DNA of 64,000 nucleotides from Craspedostauros australis (taxonomy: Eukaryota): the NCBI GenBank assembly GCA_030167865.1, contig JALAGF010005569.1:1-64000 (forward strand). The letters are read 5' to 3'. The translations under genes and the position numbers were made by a program. Below are positions 20,535-32,579 of the stretch, piece after piece. The first letter of the stretch is position 1. Each line of letters opens with the position of its first letter. The notes beneath the pieces were generated by a model, which saw only the letters and a list, made by a program, of their open reading frames with translations, had not been told where the DNA came from and did not search any database.

Positions 20535-21294
20535 AGTATTGCAGAGAGTAAAACGATAGAGTGAGCCAGCATGAGTATCACAGCAGTACTATTCCGGAGA
20601 GAGCAGTAGTAGGTCGTACACCATGCAGCACCGTCCAACAGATAGATGAAATGGCTCATCCTAATAGTCGTACGAACTGTCAAAGCCATTGTTACCCACA
20701 CAGGGCGGGCCAGTTTCATCTTCAATGTGCGTGCTGTCCGTCGAGTATGGGGGAAGTTTCTTGTATTAGCTGGTGGTATGTATAATATGAATGGTTGTTT
20801 ATTTGTACAGAGGTTAGTCGCAAGTAGTGTTGGTGGTGGTGTTTCCATTTGATGGATAATTTGTCTTCGAGTGGGCTCGGAGCATGAGGCAGGCGTGGGC
20901 GTGCTATTGGCTTGGGCTGTTGGTGATTGTCGATTGATGCAATAACTGCATGGAACATCGATCAACTCCGCTTGAGCATTCGCATGTCCACGCCATTCAC
21001 AGGATTAGCGTTAGTAATGTGGCACATACACGTAAGTACATACGAGTGCTGACTCGTACACACAGGTATAGTATAGTACGCCACGAACGGAACAGGGCAG
21101 AACAAAGCTTGGAATGGAGTTCACACATTGTGCGTTCCATAGTTCGCAACGTTGCTGTGGGGGGTCCCATCGGCATGGCTGCTGTTGCTGTTGGTATTGC
21201 TGCCGGCATGGTTGCCGTTGTCGTTCGAGTTGGCATCTGCGTTCCTGTTGCTGTTGACATCCTGTGCATGGGTCATGTCCAAACCCGCCGCCAG

Positions 21295-22251
21295 TCATTC
21301 GCGTTTCACGTCGTCCTCCGCCTCTCGGTACTCGAATCGCTCCCATTCGAACAACAGGGTGCGCTTGATGGGCATTGGGATGCTGCCGTAGCCAATCATG
21401 GGGATGAGGTTGGATGTGTTGTTGCGATACTGCTTGTACCGTTCCGAACATTCCGGGTTGGTGTAATACCGTTTGAGGTTCTTGCCTTCGGCATTCCAGA
21501 CGCCCGTGGCGGTGACGTTGAGCAGGATGTGCATGGTGAAGATCGGGGAAATGGCGCTGAGTGCCCAGACCCAGATTGCGCCGTCTCCGGACCCGGCCGT
21601 CGTGCTGCCAAAGGCGAAGACCCAGCAGCACCACCACTGGAAGATCTCGCCGAAGTAATTGGGGTGTCGCGAGTAGGCCCACAATCCGACCTCGCAGAAG
21701 CCGCCTTGGCGTCCCGCCTCCACCCAGACGGTCTTCTGGATGTCTCCCACGATCTCGACAGCGACGGAACCGGCGAATCCAACCAAGGAGATCCATTCCA
21801 AAGTGGACAGGGACGGCGCCTCGGAGACTTCCGCGCCGATATCCGCGCTGCTGTCGTTGATGAAGATGATGGGCATGGAGATGAGGTAGACCCACATGCC
21901 CTGCATGAGCCAAGTGGCGAGGAAGTACAGGAAGTTGCCCTTGATCTTGTCGAATCGTGCGTCTCCTTTGCGGGAATGCGCGCGGTAGGCCAAGAAGAGC
22001 AGCAGCCAGGATCGGCTCAGCACGAAGACCATCGTCGCCAGCGTCGCGGAGGATCCCCATTCGAGTTCCTTCGCGCTGTCCTGCGACAGCAGGTAGCTGC
22101 CCGCTCCCACGATGATGAAGTTGAGGCCGCCGAAGATGTCATAGAAGGTCTCCGTTTGCAATGCGTAGGCCGCAGCGAACCCCGACAGCTGGATTATGAG
22201 GGTCACGATGGCCGACAGGGTGAACAGCGATGTCGAATGTAGGAACGACAT
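21295..22251 (-). CDS. DUF1295 family multi-pass membrane protein (steroid 5-alpha-reductase-like)
   Basis: Motifs TETFYDIFGGLNF, R..SRKGDARFD, E..GDIQK, GLWAYSRHPNYFGEIFQWW, Y..Y..NTSNLIP. Probable start MSFLHS at 22251. Confidence 0.9.
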   Translation of the reverse strand: MSFLHSTSLFTLSAIVTLIIQLSGFAAAYALQTETFYDIFGGLNFIIVGAGSYLLSQDSAKELEWGSSATLATMVFVLSRSWLLLFLAYRAHSRKGDARFDKIKGNFLYFLATWLMQGMWVYLISMPIIFINDSSADIGAEVSEAPSLSTLEWISLVGFAGSVAVEIVGDIQKTVWVEAGRQGGFCEVGLWAYSRHPNYFGEIFQWWCCWVFAFGSTTAGSGDGAIWVWALSAISPIFTMHILLNVTATGVWNAEGKNLKRYYTNPECSERYKQYRNNTSNLIPMIGYGSIPMPIKRTLLFEWERFEYREAEDDVKRE

Positions 22252-23216
22252 TGTGCTATCTCGTGTCGTGCAGTGAAGTGCGTACTTTCGCTGTTCTTGA
22301 GAATGGTGTGATTGAGTTGCGGGTGTGTACGTATTATATAATAGTAAATGTGATGAATGAGATGGAATGAACCACGATGAACTGTACCGTGACGAGCTGT
22401 GCTGTGATGGAAGGTCTCCAACGAGATGTTTATGACCAATACTTGTGTGTGTGTGGAGTACTATGTGCAGATGAAGGTGCAAGTATGTACGGCAGAGCAC
22501 AACGATCAAGAGTGCACAGAAGTGGATTGGGCGATGTGGCTGTGCTCGTCAAAGGAGGATCAACGTCGAACCTTGTGGAGATGCTGCCTCTTGGAGCGCA
22601 ACCAGTGGGCAAGAAGGGTGAAGATTAACACGCCACGAGTAGTCGTACTGCCGCCAACCATCATTGGAGAGGTCATCATTGTTGCCACCGCCGCCGCTGT
22701 CGTCATCCATCCATCCATCCATCCTCATTGTTCTCACATGTTTTTGTTCCTTGGGACAAGATCCACAGAGCGAGAAACGACACGATTTCTTCTCCCATGC
22801 CACGTTGTTTGAGTCTGCGTCAGATTGTGTGATGTCCAATCGTGAAGAAAATGAAGTGTTCCTTCGAGTCGAACTGACTCGTGCGACCCACATGTCGAAA
22901 CTTCTTCGTGGCGAAAACAGAGCAAGCCGCTTTGATACAATTTTCCGCACACCAACAACGCACAATCGACAACAGAAATTCAACAACAGAAAACGCACAA
23001 TCAAGGCGACAGACAATCGACGATAGATCGCAGGCAATCGACAGGGAGCAAGAGAAGAGGCAGACCATGACAGGACCGCCATCTCGTTCCTTCCACCCGC
23101 GAGTGTTTGCATTAGTATAGCATGGTACTCCCACTGTGCTCTTACTCTCCACGCAATCAGAGGAAGGGCTCCAAGGGACGATCGCAACAAGGCCTCTGCT
23201 TCACAGATTGAGCATC

Positions 23217-24470
23217 ATGGACGATCCGCCGCATCTGAAGATCAACATCAAGGACGCATCCACCATCAGGAGTCAACTGGATGAATTGAAAGCGAGTGCT
23301 GATGGCGAGGCCGACAATGTCAGAGTTGCTTTGACATTCGACTACCCGTTGACAGAAGAATGCGCGTACGCGATCCGCGACTGCGGACGACTGATACAGG
23401 AGTTGACCTTGCTCCAGTTCAGGGAATCGAGCGCGGAAGGCATCAACTTCCTGGCCTCCGTCATGCAGTCAACAGACTCGCTAGCGCATCTGAGATCGAT
23501 CCATCTGTCATCGCGTTGGGTGAATCCTCACCAACGAGAATATGTCACTGATGAAGATCATCTGGAGGATCTACGGTGTCCATATGGCTCAGAAGAGAGT
23601 GACCCTCACCTATGTCTCATGGCGATACTCCAAGCCATTGCCAGCAACCCGAAGGTGCAGGAGGTCTCCTTGGAAAGACTCCAGCTCACTCTCTCCCATT
23701 TCCAAATTCTCATGAACATGGATGTCACCGCACAGGACGAAGGCATCCCGTTGCGACCATACTGCCACTCCTATCTGAAGAAGCTGGAGATCAGTGATTG
23801 CGAGACACCCCTTGAGTGTTTCCAAACACTGATCCAAGATGAGGTCAGGCAGGCACCTGCCTTGAGACCAAAGCAACCCATGTGCCGACTTCAGCACCTG
23901 CGGTTGCATCGAGCAACCTTCAATGCCTCTTGCATATTGCAGGTTGCCGATCGTCTGCAGCACATCTTCTTGGACATGGAGCCCACCGGGATATCATTGG
24001 ACGCGGCCCGATCCCTCCGCAACCTTCTCTCATCTCCCAACTGCACGCTTCAGACGATGGAGTTGGTGGGACCTTCCCCGCATGTCATTCATGACATCAT
24101 CGATGGAATCGAATCCAACAGATCGCTGGACACATTGACCATGACAGAAGATTTGACCCTGCGTCACTGCACCAAACTACATCACATGGCAAAACACAAT
24201 CCCAACCTGGAGAAGCTCACGCTCAGGTCCCTGTACTTCGATAGGTTCGTCGAAGGTGGAGAGGAGCGTTCCCACTTCTTCCAACGCATGCAATTCGCCG
24301 TGCAACTGCGCGAACAACAGTACGAATGTTTGACAAGCATCACAACTGATTTTCCTTTGTCGCACTGGAGTCACATCTTGCGGCAGTTGCTGCAATCCCG
24401 AAGGGGACAAGCCTACGTGTACGATCTGCTGCATCATCGGGCGGGCGTACTGGGCATTATTCATTCATGA
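23217..24470 (+). CDS. RNI-like/leucine-rich-repeat protein of unknown function (diatom-type)
   Basis: Periodic LxxLxL segments (IQELTL, LRSIHL, VQEVSL, LKKLEI, LQHLRL, LQTMEL, LDTLTM, LEKLTL) and the C-terminal 'PLSHWSHIL...VYDLL' pattern typical of diatom RNI-like proteins. Confidence 0.7.
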   Translation: MDDPPHLKINIKDASTIRSQLDELKASADGEADNVRVALTFDYPLTEECAYAIRDCGRLIQELTLLQFRESSAEGINFLASVMQSTDSLAHLRSIHLSSRWVNPHQREYVTDEDHLEDLRCPYGSEESDPHLCLMAILQAIASNPKVQEVSLERLQLTLSHFQILMNMDVTAQDEGIPLRPYCHSYLKKLEISDCETPLECFQTLIQDEVRQAPALRPKQPMCRLQHLRLHRATFNASCILQVADRLQHIFLDMEPTGISLDAARSLRNLLSSPNCTLQTMELVGPSPHVIHDIIDGIESNRSLDTLTMTEDLTLRHCTKLHHMAKHNPNLEKLTLRSLYFDRFVEGGEERSHFFQRMQFAVQLREQQYECLTSITTDFPLSHWSHILRQLLQSRRGQAYVYDLLHHRAGVLGIIHS

Positions 24471-26665
24471 CTTGTAATACTAGAGGATTGAAAGGCGAAG
24501 AAGGAATCGGGACGATCCTGCGTGGCGATGTGAGGAGGAGAGGTGGACGAGGGCAAGAACTTCCAGCCCAGCAACGACGAGCAGAATCGGCAATAAGTGA
24601 TAGTCCAGCCGTAACCTGGGAAGTATGAATTGTCAGTGCAAGAATCACCGACGAGAACGACCAAATCATCTTCAGTTGGGAAAGGATCTTCATCGTCATC
24701 ACCATCGTTGTTGCCATCGCCGTCTTGATCGCGATCTTGTGCCACCAACAACTTGCGCACAGTCGTTATTTGATGATTGTGCCCATGGGCATTGACGTAG
24801 TTGTCCGTCGATCGCTTGTGATTTGGAGTGTTGCCGCTGCTGGCAGAGTCTGGCCCAACCGCAAATACATCCGATGCTAGCGCCAATGCAGTATCGCATA
24901 CTCCGCAATGGATCTTCAGTTCTTTCGCGATCATCTCCTGAAGTTTACTTTGCAAGAATTGAAGACGTTCAACGACGGTGGATGTGTACAACACTTGCAG
25001 CTTCTCGGTTTGTGAGAATGGAAGCGCGGATGCCAACCGGAATGTGAAGGCGTCAGGATCTTTGCTGCTCTCCTCATCCAGCTGCAGCTGTTGATCTGAT
25101 GTGGCGCAGTTCTTGGCAATGTACTGCTCCCACAGGGAGTGGACTTCATGGAGCAAGATGGATTGCCCATGTCGAAGGTAGGCGTGGTAGGGTATGGAGG
25201 AAGAACGCAGGCAGAGGTTCCATGCAAGGCGGTGCTGACGTTGGCGTTTGGAAGGTCCTACAAAATGGCCCGCGTTGTTTGACGTGCTGGTGCTGGTTGG
25301 GTTGGATACGATGGATGGATACGACTTAGACCTCATAGCACGATGATTGGACTGACGACCGAATGGTTCCACTTGGAACAGCTTCAATCCAGCAAAGCTA
25401 CTCTGCGGAAGTCCTTCGATGATTGTGAATTGGTTGGTTCCAACTGCGGTTACCACAAGTTGGGGCGTCGTAAATGAGATTCGCTGGTCGCTGTCGCCAT
25501 CATGGATCTGCCACAGTGTCGATGTCGATGGCGATGATATGGCCGTCGTAGCGTGGCGGTTGCTAGAACCATGCTGTCTTTGCTGTCGCCCCTGATTGTG
25601 CGTTGCGTCGGTCGCATCAGCTCGATCATCGTCCAAAATGGAATCGTTATGCGTGGAAGTGATGGTCGCGATGGTTCCCACACGACCCACGAAAGGATGC
25701 CGCGGACGAGACGGAGGCTGGGGTCGACGCGATGATGTCGGAGGTGTCCGCGACTCTGCATCCGACGAGTCATCTGCGTCGCTGTCGGAATGATCCTCCA
25801 TTCGCCGGTGCGTGAAGTCATCTTCCAGCCGAACAGTGCCAGCACCGCGCCTGATCCCGCCTTGTCCTCGTTGTTGTTCTGTCCTTGAGCCAAACCCGCC
25901 GCCGCCTCGCAGATCCCGCAACCGGTCCACCATGCCACTCATCGTTAGACGTGACCTGCGTGTGTTTCCACGATTGTTTCGCAGTAAGATTCCATGAAGC
26001 ATGAGCAGGTCATGCATCCGGTCCCTTAGGAATCCGTCTTCTTCTTCGTCTGGTACGGCTCCGGCATCCCGCTGCGTGAGGATGCCAATGGTGATCGGCT
26101 TGGACTTTTGCGGAAGCAACCGACTTTCATTGATCTGCCGTCCGAGGTATTCTCGCAACGCAGGATCACGAATGCGCAATGGGATGGAGGCATTCGGGAA
26201 TAGCACAACGCCAGGCAATTCCAGAATGGGAATCGTTTGCAACTGCCTTGCATTCGCATGGTGATTTGGAGTCGGTGTCGCTCGCCTCGATCTTGGTGAT
26301 TCTTTGGTTGCCTGCGTGTGTCGCCGTGTGTGTGGTCCTGTTGGGATGAACATGCCGGTGTCACCAGAAGAGCTTGACTCATGATCACCGGCATCATCGT
26401 TTGCATCATCGTTTGCATCGTCAAGGTCCCCGGTCCAAAGGGGATGGCCGGGACCCAAAAGATACGAGAAGTCCTTATGCTGCTGTGCTCTCGCGGCTAC
26501 TGCCACACGCCTTCCGTTTCTCGCTCCGCTGGTGCTGCCCATGGAGGGGGTTCGCTGTCGTTTCAGCTGCGACTCTGATTCATTCTCAGATGCTGACGAA
26601 TCGCCATCATCTGGTATTGCAGCGGCAGCTGCAGCTGATGCTGTTGTTGGATTGCTCTCTGACAT
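24461..26665 (-). CDS. CRBN: Cereblon homologue (Lon N-terminal domain + CULT/Yippee Zn-binding domain)
   Basis: IPILELPGVVLFPNASIPLRI (Lon-N); LPFSQTEKLQVL...VERL; CGVC...YVNAHGHNHQITTV...SYFPGYGWTITYCRFCSSLLGWKF, which matches the CULT consensus. First plausible ATG at 26665. Confidence 0.9.
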   Translation of the reverse strand: MSESNPTTASAAAAAAIPDDGDSSASENESESQLKRQRTPSMGSTSGARNGRRVAVAARAQQHKDFSYLLGPGHPLWTGDLDDANDDANDDAGDHESSSSGDTGMFIPTGPHTRRHTQATKESPRSRRATPTPNHHANARQLQTIPILELPGVVLFPNASIPLRIRDPALREYLGRQINESRLLPQKSKPITIGILTQRDAGAVPDEEEDGFLRDRMHDLLMLHGILLRNNRGNTRRSRLTMSGMVDRLRDLRGGGGFGSRTEQQRGQGGIRRGAGTVRLEDDFTHRRMEDHSDSDADDSSDAESRTPPTSSRRPQPPSRPRHPFVGRVGTIATITSTHNDSILDDDRADATDATHNQGRQQRQHGSSNRHATTAISSPSTSTLWQIHDGDSDQRISFTTPQLVVTAVGTNQFTIIEGLPQSSFAGLKLFQVEPFGRQSNHRAMRSKSYPSIVSNPTSTSTSNNAGHFVGPSKRQRQHRLAWNLCLRSSSIPYHAYLRHGQSILLHEVHSLWEQYIAKNCATSDQQLQLDEESSKDPDAFTFRLASALPFSQTEKLQVLYTSTVVERLQFLQSKLQEMIAKELKIHCGVCDTALALASDVFAVGPDSASSGNTPNHKRSTDNYVNAHGHNHQITTVRKLLVAQDRDQDGDGNNDGDDDEDPFPTEDDLVVLVGDSCTDNSYFPGYGWTITYCRFCSSLLGWKFLPSSTSPPHIATQDRPDSFFAFQSSSITSHE

Positions 26666-27117
26666 GTGGACTGTTGCTTTCTCTTTTGATGTGGTGACGA
26701 TGGTGAACACGGAACTGCGACAACTGTCTCGAGATTGCGAAGAAAGGATCTTCGCAGAGTCCAAAACGAACGAAGAAATAGTGGATCAAACTACCACAGT
26801 ATGTGTACCTTGACTTCAGACAACCGTACAACAGCATTCATGTCCGAGCGGTCTAAGGAGCTCGACTCAAGTTCGAGTATATTCGTATGCGTGGGTTCAA
26901 ATCCCACTGAATGCACTTTTTGCCACAATCACATCGTCTTTTGTGTTGCATCCATTTCTTTTGCCCGCCCAGTCACTCTGTTCTTACCTGACATGCGAGT
27001 ATGATACGTATACAAGACAATTGCCTAATCCGCGAGTACATCTCTCCGCTGTCCACTCATGCGCAGTCCCAAAGCGTATTATATTGTAGATCTAACGTTA
27101 TTTACTGGTTGCGTGAA

Positions 27118-30100
27118 TCAAGACGACTCCAGGCTCACCTTCGATGCTGTTCGACGTGCGACCGCCAGGCATGCCCTTGTGCTGGTCGATTGCCGCTTCG
27201 CCTGCTGCTGTCGCCGACTCTGCGATGCGGCTTGTCTGGAAATCTTGGATTGCGTTTCGGCCAAGTAATTCCTATATTTCGAGTGCAAGTGCTGCACTTT
27301 CTCAGCCGCTCCCCATTCACCGTACAGGATAGATGCGTTGCGCAAGTAATACGAAGGCCAATGATTCTTGTTGAGGTTGGTCTTCTTGTCCGTCGGGGTC
27401 CAGGAATTGCTGCTCCTGCGCTCGACGTTGCTCTTCGTGATGGAGGGACGTTTCTTCGCGCCCCGTCCCGAGTTCGCGTGTCCCGCTGCTTCTCCACCGT
27501 CTGCTTCGGAAATGGTGGACAGGTAGTATTCGGCCGCCAGTTCATTTGCCAACGCACAATCTTGGACGAAGCCAAGGCGGGCGGCTTCGGCGATGGCGCT
27601 GTCGAACACCGGCTTGGCCAGTTCCGGTTCGGCGATCAGAGTGGCCTTCATCAGCAGGTATCGATGATAGTTGTTCGTGTCGCTCTTCAGCTTCACGATT
27701 TTGCGCATCTGCTTCATGTACGAGCGAGCATGCTTGAAGTGCTTTCTCTTCCCGGTGCCGAGGAAGATGCGAGAATAGGTCAGACCAGCGTGGTACACCC
27801 GGATGGTCTCCGTGGCGTAGCTGAACTCGTCCTTCGTGATGACCTCCAGCTTGGGGATGATCTCCAGCGCGAGGTCCAGATCGCCGAAGTACGTGGCCAG
27901 CTGGATGCGCGACCACAGGAAGAACCCCCAGCGGGCGTAGACGGACGGTTTCATGGACTCGACGGGCGGCACGTGCGAGATGTCCCTCCAGTCTGTGAAC
28001 ACATCGTCGATGCCGATCAGCACCTCCACCATGTTCTGGATAGGAGCGTAGCCCTTGCTGACGACCTGGATCCGATAGTGGTCCATCTGCCCCATCATCT
28101 CCATGCCAGCCTTTTGGATCTGCCTCAAGGAGATGCCCGACATCATGGAGACGATCATGACGGACGCTCTCGATCGGTAGGCGTGCTCCAAATCGCCCGA
28201 TTCGATGCCGGTGCGGTACGCCGAGTGAAACGACTCGAGGACCTTGTCCAAGGGCTCCCACCAGGCCGTGACGAATGCCGTTGATGCCGAGATCGCCTGT
28301 GAATGAACATGCTTCGACTGCGTCCGGGCAAGAATCTTGCTCGCCAACCCGATGGCCCGCTTCGCCTTGTCCTTCTGCTTGAGGATGTTGAGCGACATGA
28401 TCCCGAGGGCGGAAAATGCGTTGGCACCTTCTCCGGAAAGACCATACTCGAACGTCAACCGGACCTGCCGGACAACTGCGAACAGTGCCGTCGGGATGTT
28501 CTTCGAGAAGAACGCCATGATCAGCATGGAACGCAGCGCTTGCATGGTGTACAAGACTCGGTGGTTGGTCATGGGTGGTAGGTTGAGGATGTCATCATCC
28601 GTGTGCTTGTCCAAGTACCTCTGGATGATCCTATTGTCGTAGAGAGTGCGGACGAGGTGATACCTCCGCGGGAATGTGTTCAGCCCCTTCAGAGCACCCA
28701 TCATCATCTTCAGCGCATCGGCGTATCGTTCATCACGGCACAATGCCAGCCCAAGCAACGAATTCACTTCGATCTTCTCCGTCACGGCTGTGGAATGCTT
28801 GAGGATGATCTCACCGAGATCTTCGCCCGCTTTGTAGTTTCCGATGTAAAGCTGGGTATTCAACATCGCCTTGTACGCTCGAAGGCAGATGTCCCGTGCG
28901 TTCGTCCACGGTTCTTCCACCTTGGTCTCCAAGTCTTTCGTGGCCCGGTTGAGGTAGTTCGATGCTGGGACGTAGGCGGACACATCCATCGCCATCTCTC
29001 CAACCTTGACATTCAACTCGATCATCTCCATGGTCGGGATCTGCGCTTGGATCTCTGGCGACGAACTGGCCAAGAAGAGCTGATCGGCGGCAACAAAGCT
29101 CATCCATGTCTCGCCGAACACCGCATCATCTGCCAGATCTCGAAGGTGCCTTCCCATCCGCAGACGGAACAGTTGGAGTTCTTTTCCGCTCGAGATCAGC
29201 GAGAGAGATGCCTGTTGGATCTTATCGTGCGCGAACTGGTACACCTGCCTCGACTTCCTCCTCTGTATCCGAGGCGTGTCCGCCCAGATATCATCAAAGC
29301 CCACCGACTCGTCCGTTTCGTACTGCAGGTTTTGAGAGTTTGGCTTTCGTGGTTGCCCATAGGGGTGCTGCTGCTGCTGGGGCTGCTGCGGTTGTGGTTG
29401 CAGTTGTCCGGATGCTGCTGGATTGCTTCTGTTTGGCGATCCATGGAGGTTCGTGGAAGATTGGCGCTTGCCGGATCGTTTCGTCTTTTTGTGATAATCC
29501 ACACAGACGAGGAGCTTCTCATGGACTGCCACGTCGAGAGCCGCATCGACGTCGATGCCGTCGCCGAATTCGTTCTGCATGAGTCTGCGGAGGACTTCCT
29601 TTTGGAAATTGGATCGCAGAAAGGACGCGATCTTGAGGCAGTCCTGTACGATCGTTGGCATGGAGTACAGCTTCGACAGCACCAGATCCAGGACGTCAGC
29701 CACGGCTTCCATTTCCTCCATGACCCGCGCGATGTCCCAGCGGAACGATGATCGTGGAATACAAGATGGGGGAGAATGCTGAATCATGGACTGCTCCTTG
29801 TACACGATTCCCTTGCGTTTCAGCTCCGTGATGGTTTGCAGGATGTGGAACAGATTTCCGCCGGTTTGCTTGTGGATGGTTCGCACGAGCAGCTGAAAGT
29901 CTGTCCTCGTTGTTTCCTCCACATGAAGGATCCTGGATAGGAACGTGGATACTTCCTGAACTTTGAGATTGCGGATCTCGATGGTGTGCATGCGCTGGAA
30001 AAAACGATGCGACTCGCCGTACGCCTTTGGCGCAATCGCTTTCTCCCACGTTTCGATGGCCTTCTTCAGTGGATGGGGTTCGGCAGCGGTGCTGTCTGCG

Positions 30101-32392
30101 GAACTTCTGCGCCTACGGGGACTGCCATCGGATGACGTTGCGCTGTGCTGCGATGCCTGCATCTGACGCTGCTGCTGTGCGTCTCGAAGACCGTATCCCT
30201 CCACCTCGTCCGTGCGGTAGGAACCGATGATGAGAAGGTTGTGGATGGAGGAATCAATCATCAAGTCGGTGATGAGATCCATCGAACGCTGATCGGACCA
30301 TTGCAGATCTGTGGGATGTGCCGATAGAACAATTGCAATTGTAGTTGCAGTTGTCAGTGTAGTCGTGTTGGAATACGGATGCATAGCGTGAAAGCAAATT
30401 TGAGAGTTGCAATGAATGAGTCAGACTTCCAGCAGAACGGAATAGAATAGAACAGGGGTCGGCTCTGTGGAAAATCTTTCTCAGAGGATGCAGAATGACT
30501 CAAAAATCAATACGCTCTGCCCACCACAGCTGGCCAAACAACTCCATCATGCACTCACCATCCAAGTAGATCACAAGCGGCCTCTGCATCGTCGGAATGA
30601 CCTGTGCCAGCACCTTGAAGCAGTAGATGATCTGACTCCATCTTGATTCCTGGTTGCCGACGACGGTCGAATCCATATGTTCGAACTGTTCATCCAACTT
30701 GTGCAGCCTCTTGCTTTTGATGGCGGTGGATGTTGCCATGCGCAACTTGGAAGCTAGGCTGGTGGAGTTGGATGTGAAAGAAGCTGCGATACTGACATCA
30801 TCATCATGGTCGTCGTCGTCGTCGTCGTCGCCGCTTTCGGTGATTTCGTTCAAGCCGAGACTGCGCGAAGCGAGACTGTGATGGCTGAGGCTGTGATAAC
30901 TTGGAGTCTTGCGACTGCCGGTGCTGGTGCTGCGATGAAGCTTCTCCTCCGATGTCATGTCGATGTATCCGAACTGCGTCATGAAGCCTTCGAAGGCGGG
31001 TATCACCGAAGCCAGAAGAGCGCGTCTCGTCGGATCCATGCGGTTTGCAACCTCGTCGATGATGCGCCGGCGCTCGGCCTCTTCCTCGACCAAGGCGTCC
31101 TCCTCATGTTGCGTGTACGACTCTTCCATCGGCACTTGCAGCTTATCGAAGAGGTCGGTGAAGGCATCCACGATGGCAGACAGCATGGTCGAGTTGAACT
31201 GGTCATACTTGCCGCGGCAGTAGTGCGGCGTCCGGAACTGCCGGTTGCCCTTGGGCGTGTGACCGCTGATCGTATCCACGAAGCTCTGCACGAGCCTGGA
31301 CTTGCCGCTACCCGAAAGTCCATGGACGAGCACCAGCTGCGATGTTTGGTTGGAGGCGTTGATTACGTCCGTGTTTTGGCCGCTGACGTCGTGGTGATGA
31401 TCGACATCGTCTTCTTCAGCGATGCTGCTCATGACATTCGTCGTTGGGTCGTTGGTGCTATGATCCTGATCGTCATCGTCATCGCCGTTTGTACTCGTAT
31501 CGTGGCCATTGCTCTGGCTACTGCCCTTGCTGTGGCTACTGCCCTTGCTGCTCAACCTGGACGACGCCATCGTCATCCTGGCGTAGATGGAGCACAGCTT
31601 TTCCACCTCATCTTCACGACCAACGAAGGGGATGTTGGAGCTGTCGGTGCCATTCGAATCCAGCGAACAGTGACTGCCGGATCCGACGCTGGCGTCCTCG
31701 TTGTCCTTGGCACCGAGGTCGATGTCCTCCATCTGGCTGTCATCGTCGGTCTCGTGCGAAAGGAAACTGGCCGTGCGGATGGTGCAGGTGGTTCGATCCG
31801 GAGAGTGTTGCGAATCTGCAGCATCGCGATGCGACAGCATCACGCTGAAGGATGTGACGTCGCTGTCGCCACCCGTCGACCCTCCATTGGTGGAACTGGA
31901 GGGGGAGCATGTGAGGGGCGGAACCTGAGGTGTGTCTTCGGATGGTGCCACCATCCTGGCATCCGTGTGCGCGGCGATGCCTTGCGCCATGGCGGATGAA
32001 GACGAGACGCCAATCTCGAGAGACGTGAAGGGAGACATCATGTCGTTCGAGTAGAGCTTGGATTGTGTTTGTGAGGATGGCATCGTGGATGCTTGTTCTT
32101 GCATGCGTTTCGGGTCTGGTGTTGCGTGAGTATGTGAAGGCGACGAAAGTGAAGACTTGATCCCCGTTCGGTCATGATGGCCGTGATCACGCTTGGCGTT
32201 AATTGATGAGGGGCGCGCATGGTCGGTGACGACGAGATGCGGCCGTCCGTTTCCGCCGCCACCGGCAGTAGCAGCAACGGCGTTGGTGTGGATGTTGACG
32301 AGGGTGTGCCGTGAGATCATGGTGATCGATTTGTGGTTCGAGTCGCTATCCGAACCGAACTGGAAGCAGGTTGCGCCGGTTGATAGGGACAA
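27118..32392 (-). CDS. Bacterial-type AAA (AAA_16/STAND-like) ATPase with helical/TPR-like C-terminal region; 2 exons (32392 or 32320..30559, 30308..27118)
   Basis: Walker A GLSGSGKS, GKYDQ. The GTGAGT..CAG intron (30558-30309) joins YLD+D+LQWSD to form Walker B LDDLQW. Further motifs IIGSYRTDEV, TGGNLF, YQFAHDKIQQA, ALANELAA, YGEWGAAEKVQHL. The start codon is uncertain. Confidence 0.85.
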
Positions 32393-32515
32393 GGATGGCC
32401 CACTTCACAAGTCTCGAACGGAAGATGAGCGGATGGATGGAGATGAATGCGTATTTGTACTTGTACTTGTACTCGTACTCGAATGAGCAATGAATAAGTG
32501 TGGTAAGGTGGCGCA

Positions 32516-32579
32516 GAGAGTTGTGGACAGGAGAGAGTTGTGGACAGGAGAGAGGGCGGACAGGAGAGAGGGCGGACAG
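32516..32579. repeat. Short tandem repeat (16-17 bp x4) upstream of the AAA ATPase gene
   Basis: gagag(ag)ttgtggacag x2 followed by gagagagggcggacag x2. Confidence 0.75.

Noticed and set aside
20950..22242. 430-aa plus-strand ORF (and similar ORFs at 27001-28284, 28603-29751, 30806-31999, 37415-38236, 47793-49454, 52819-53676)
   Set aside because: Antisense shadows of well-supported minus-strand genes with GC-rich third codon positions.
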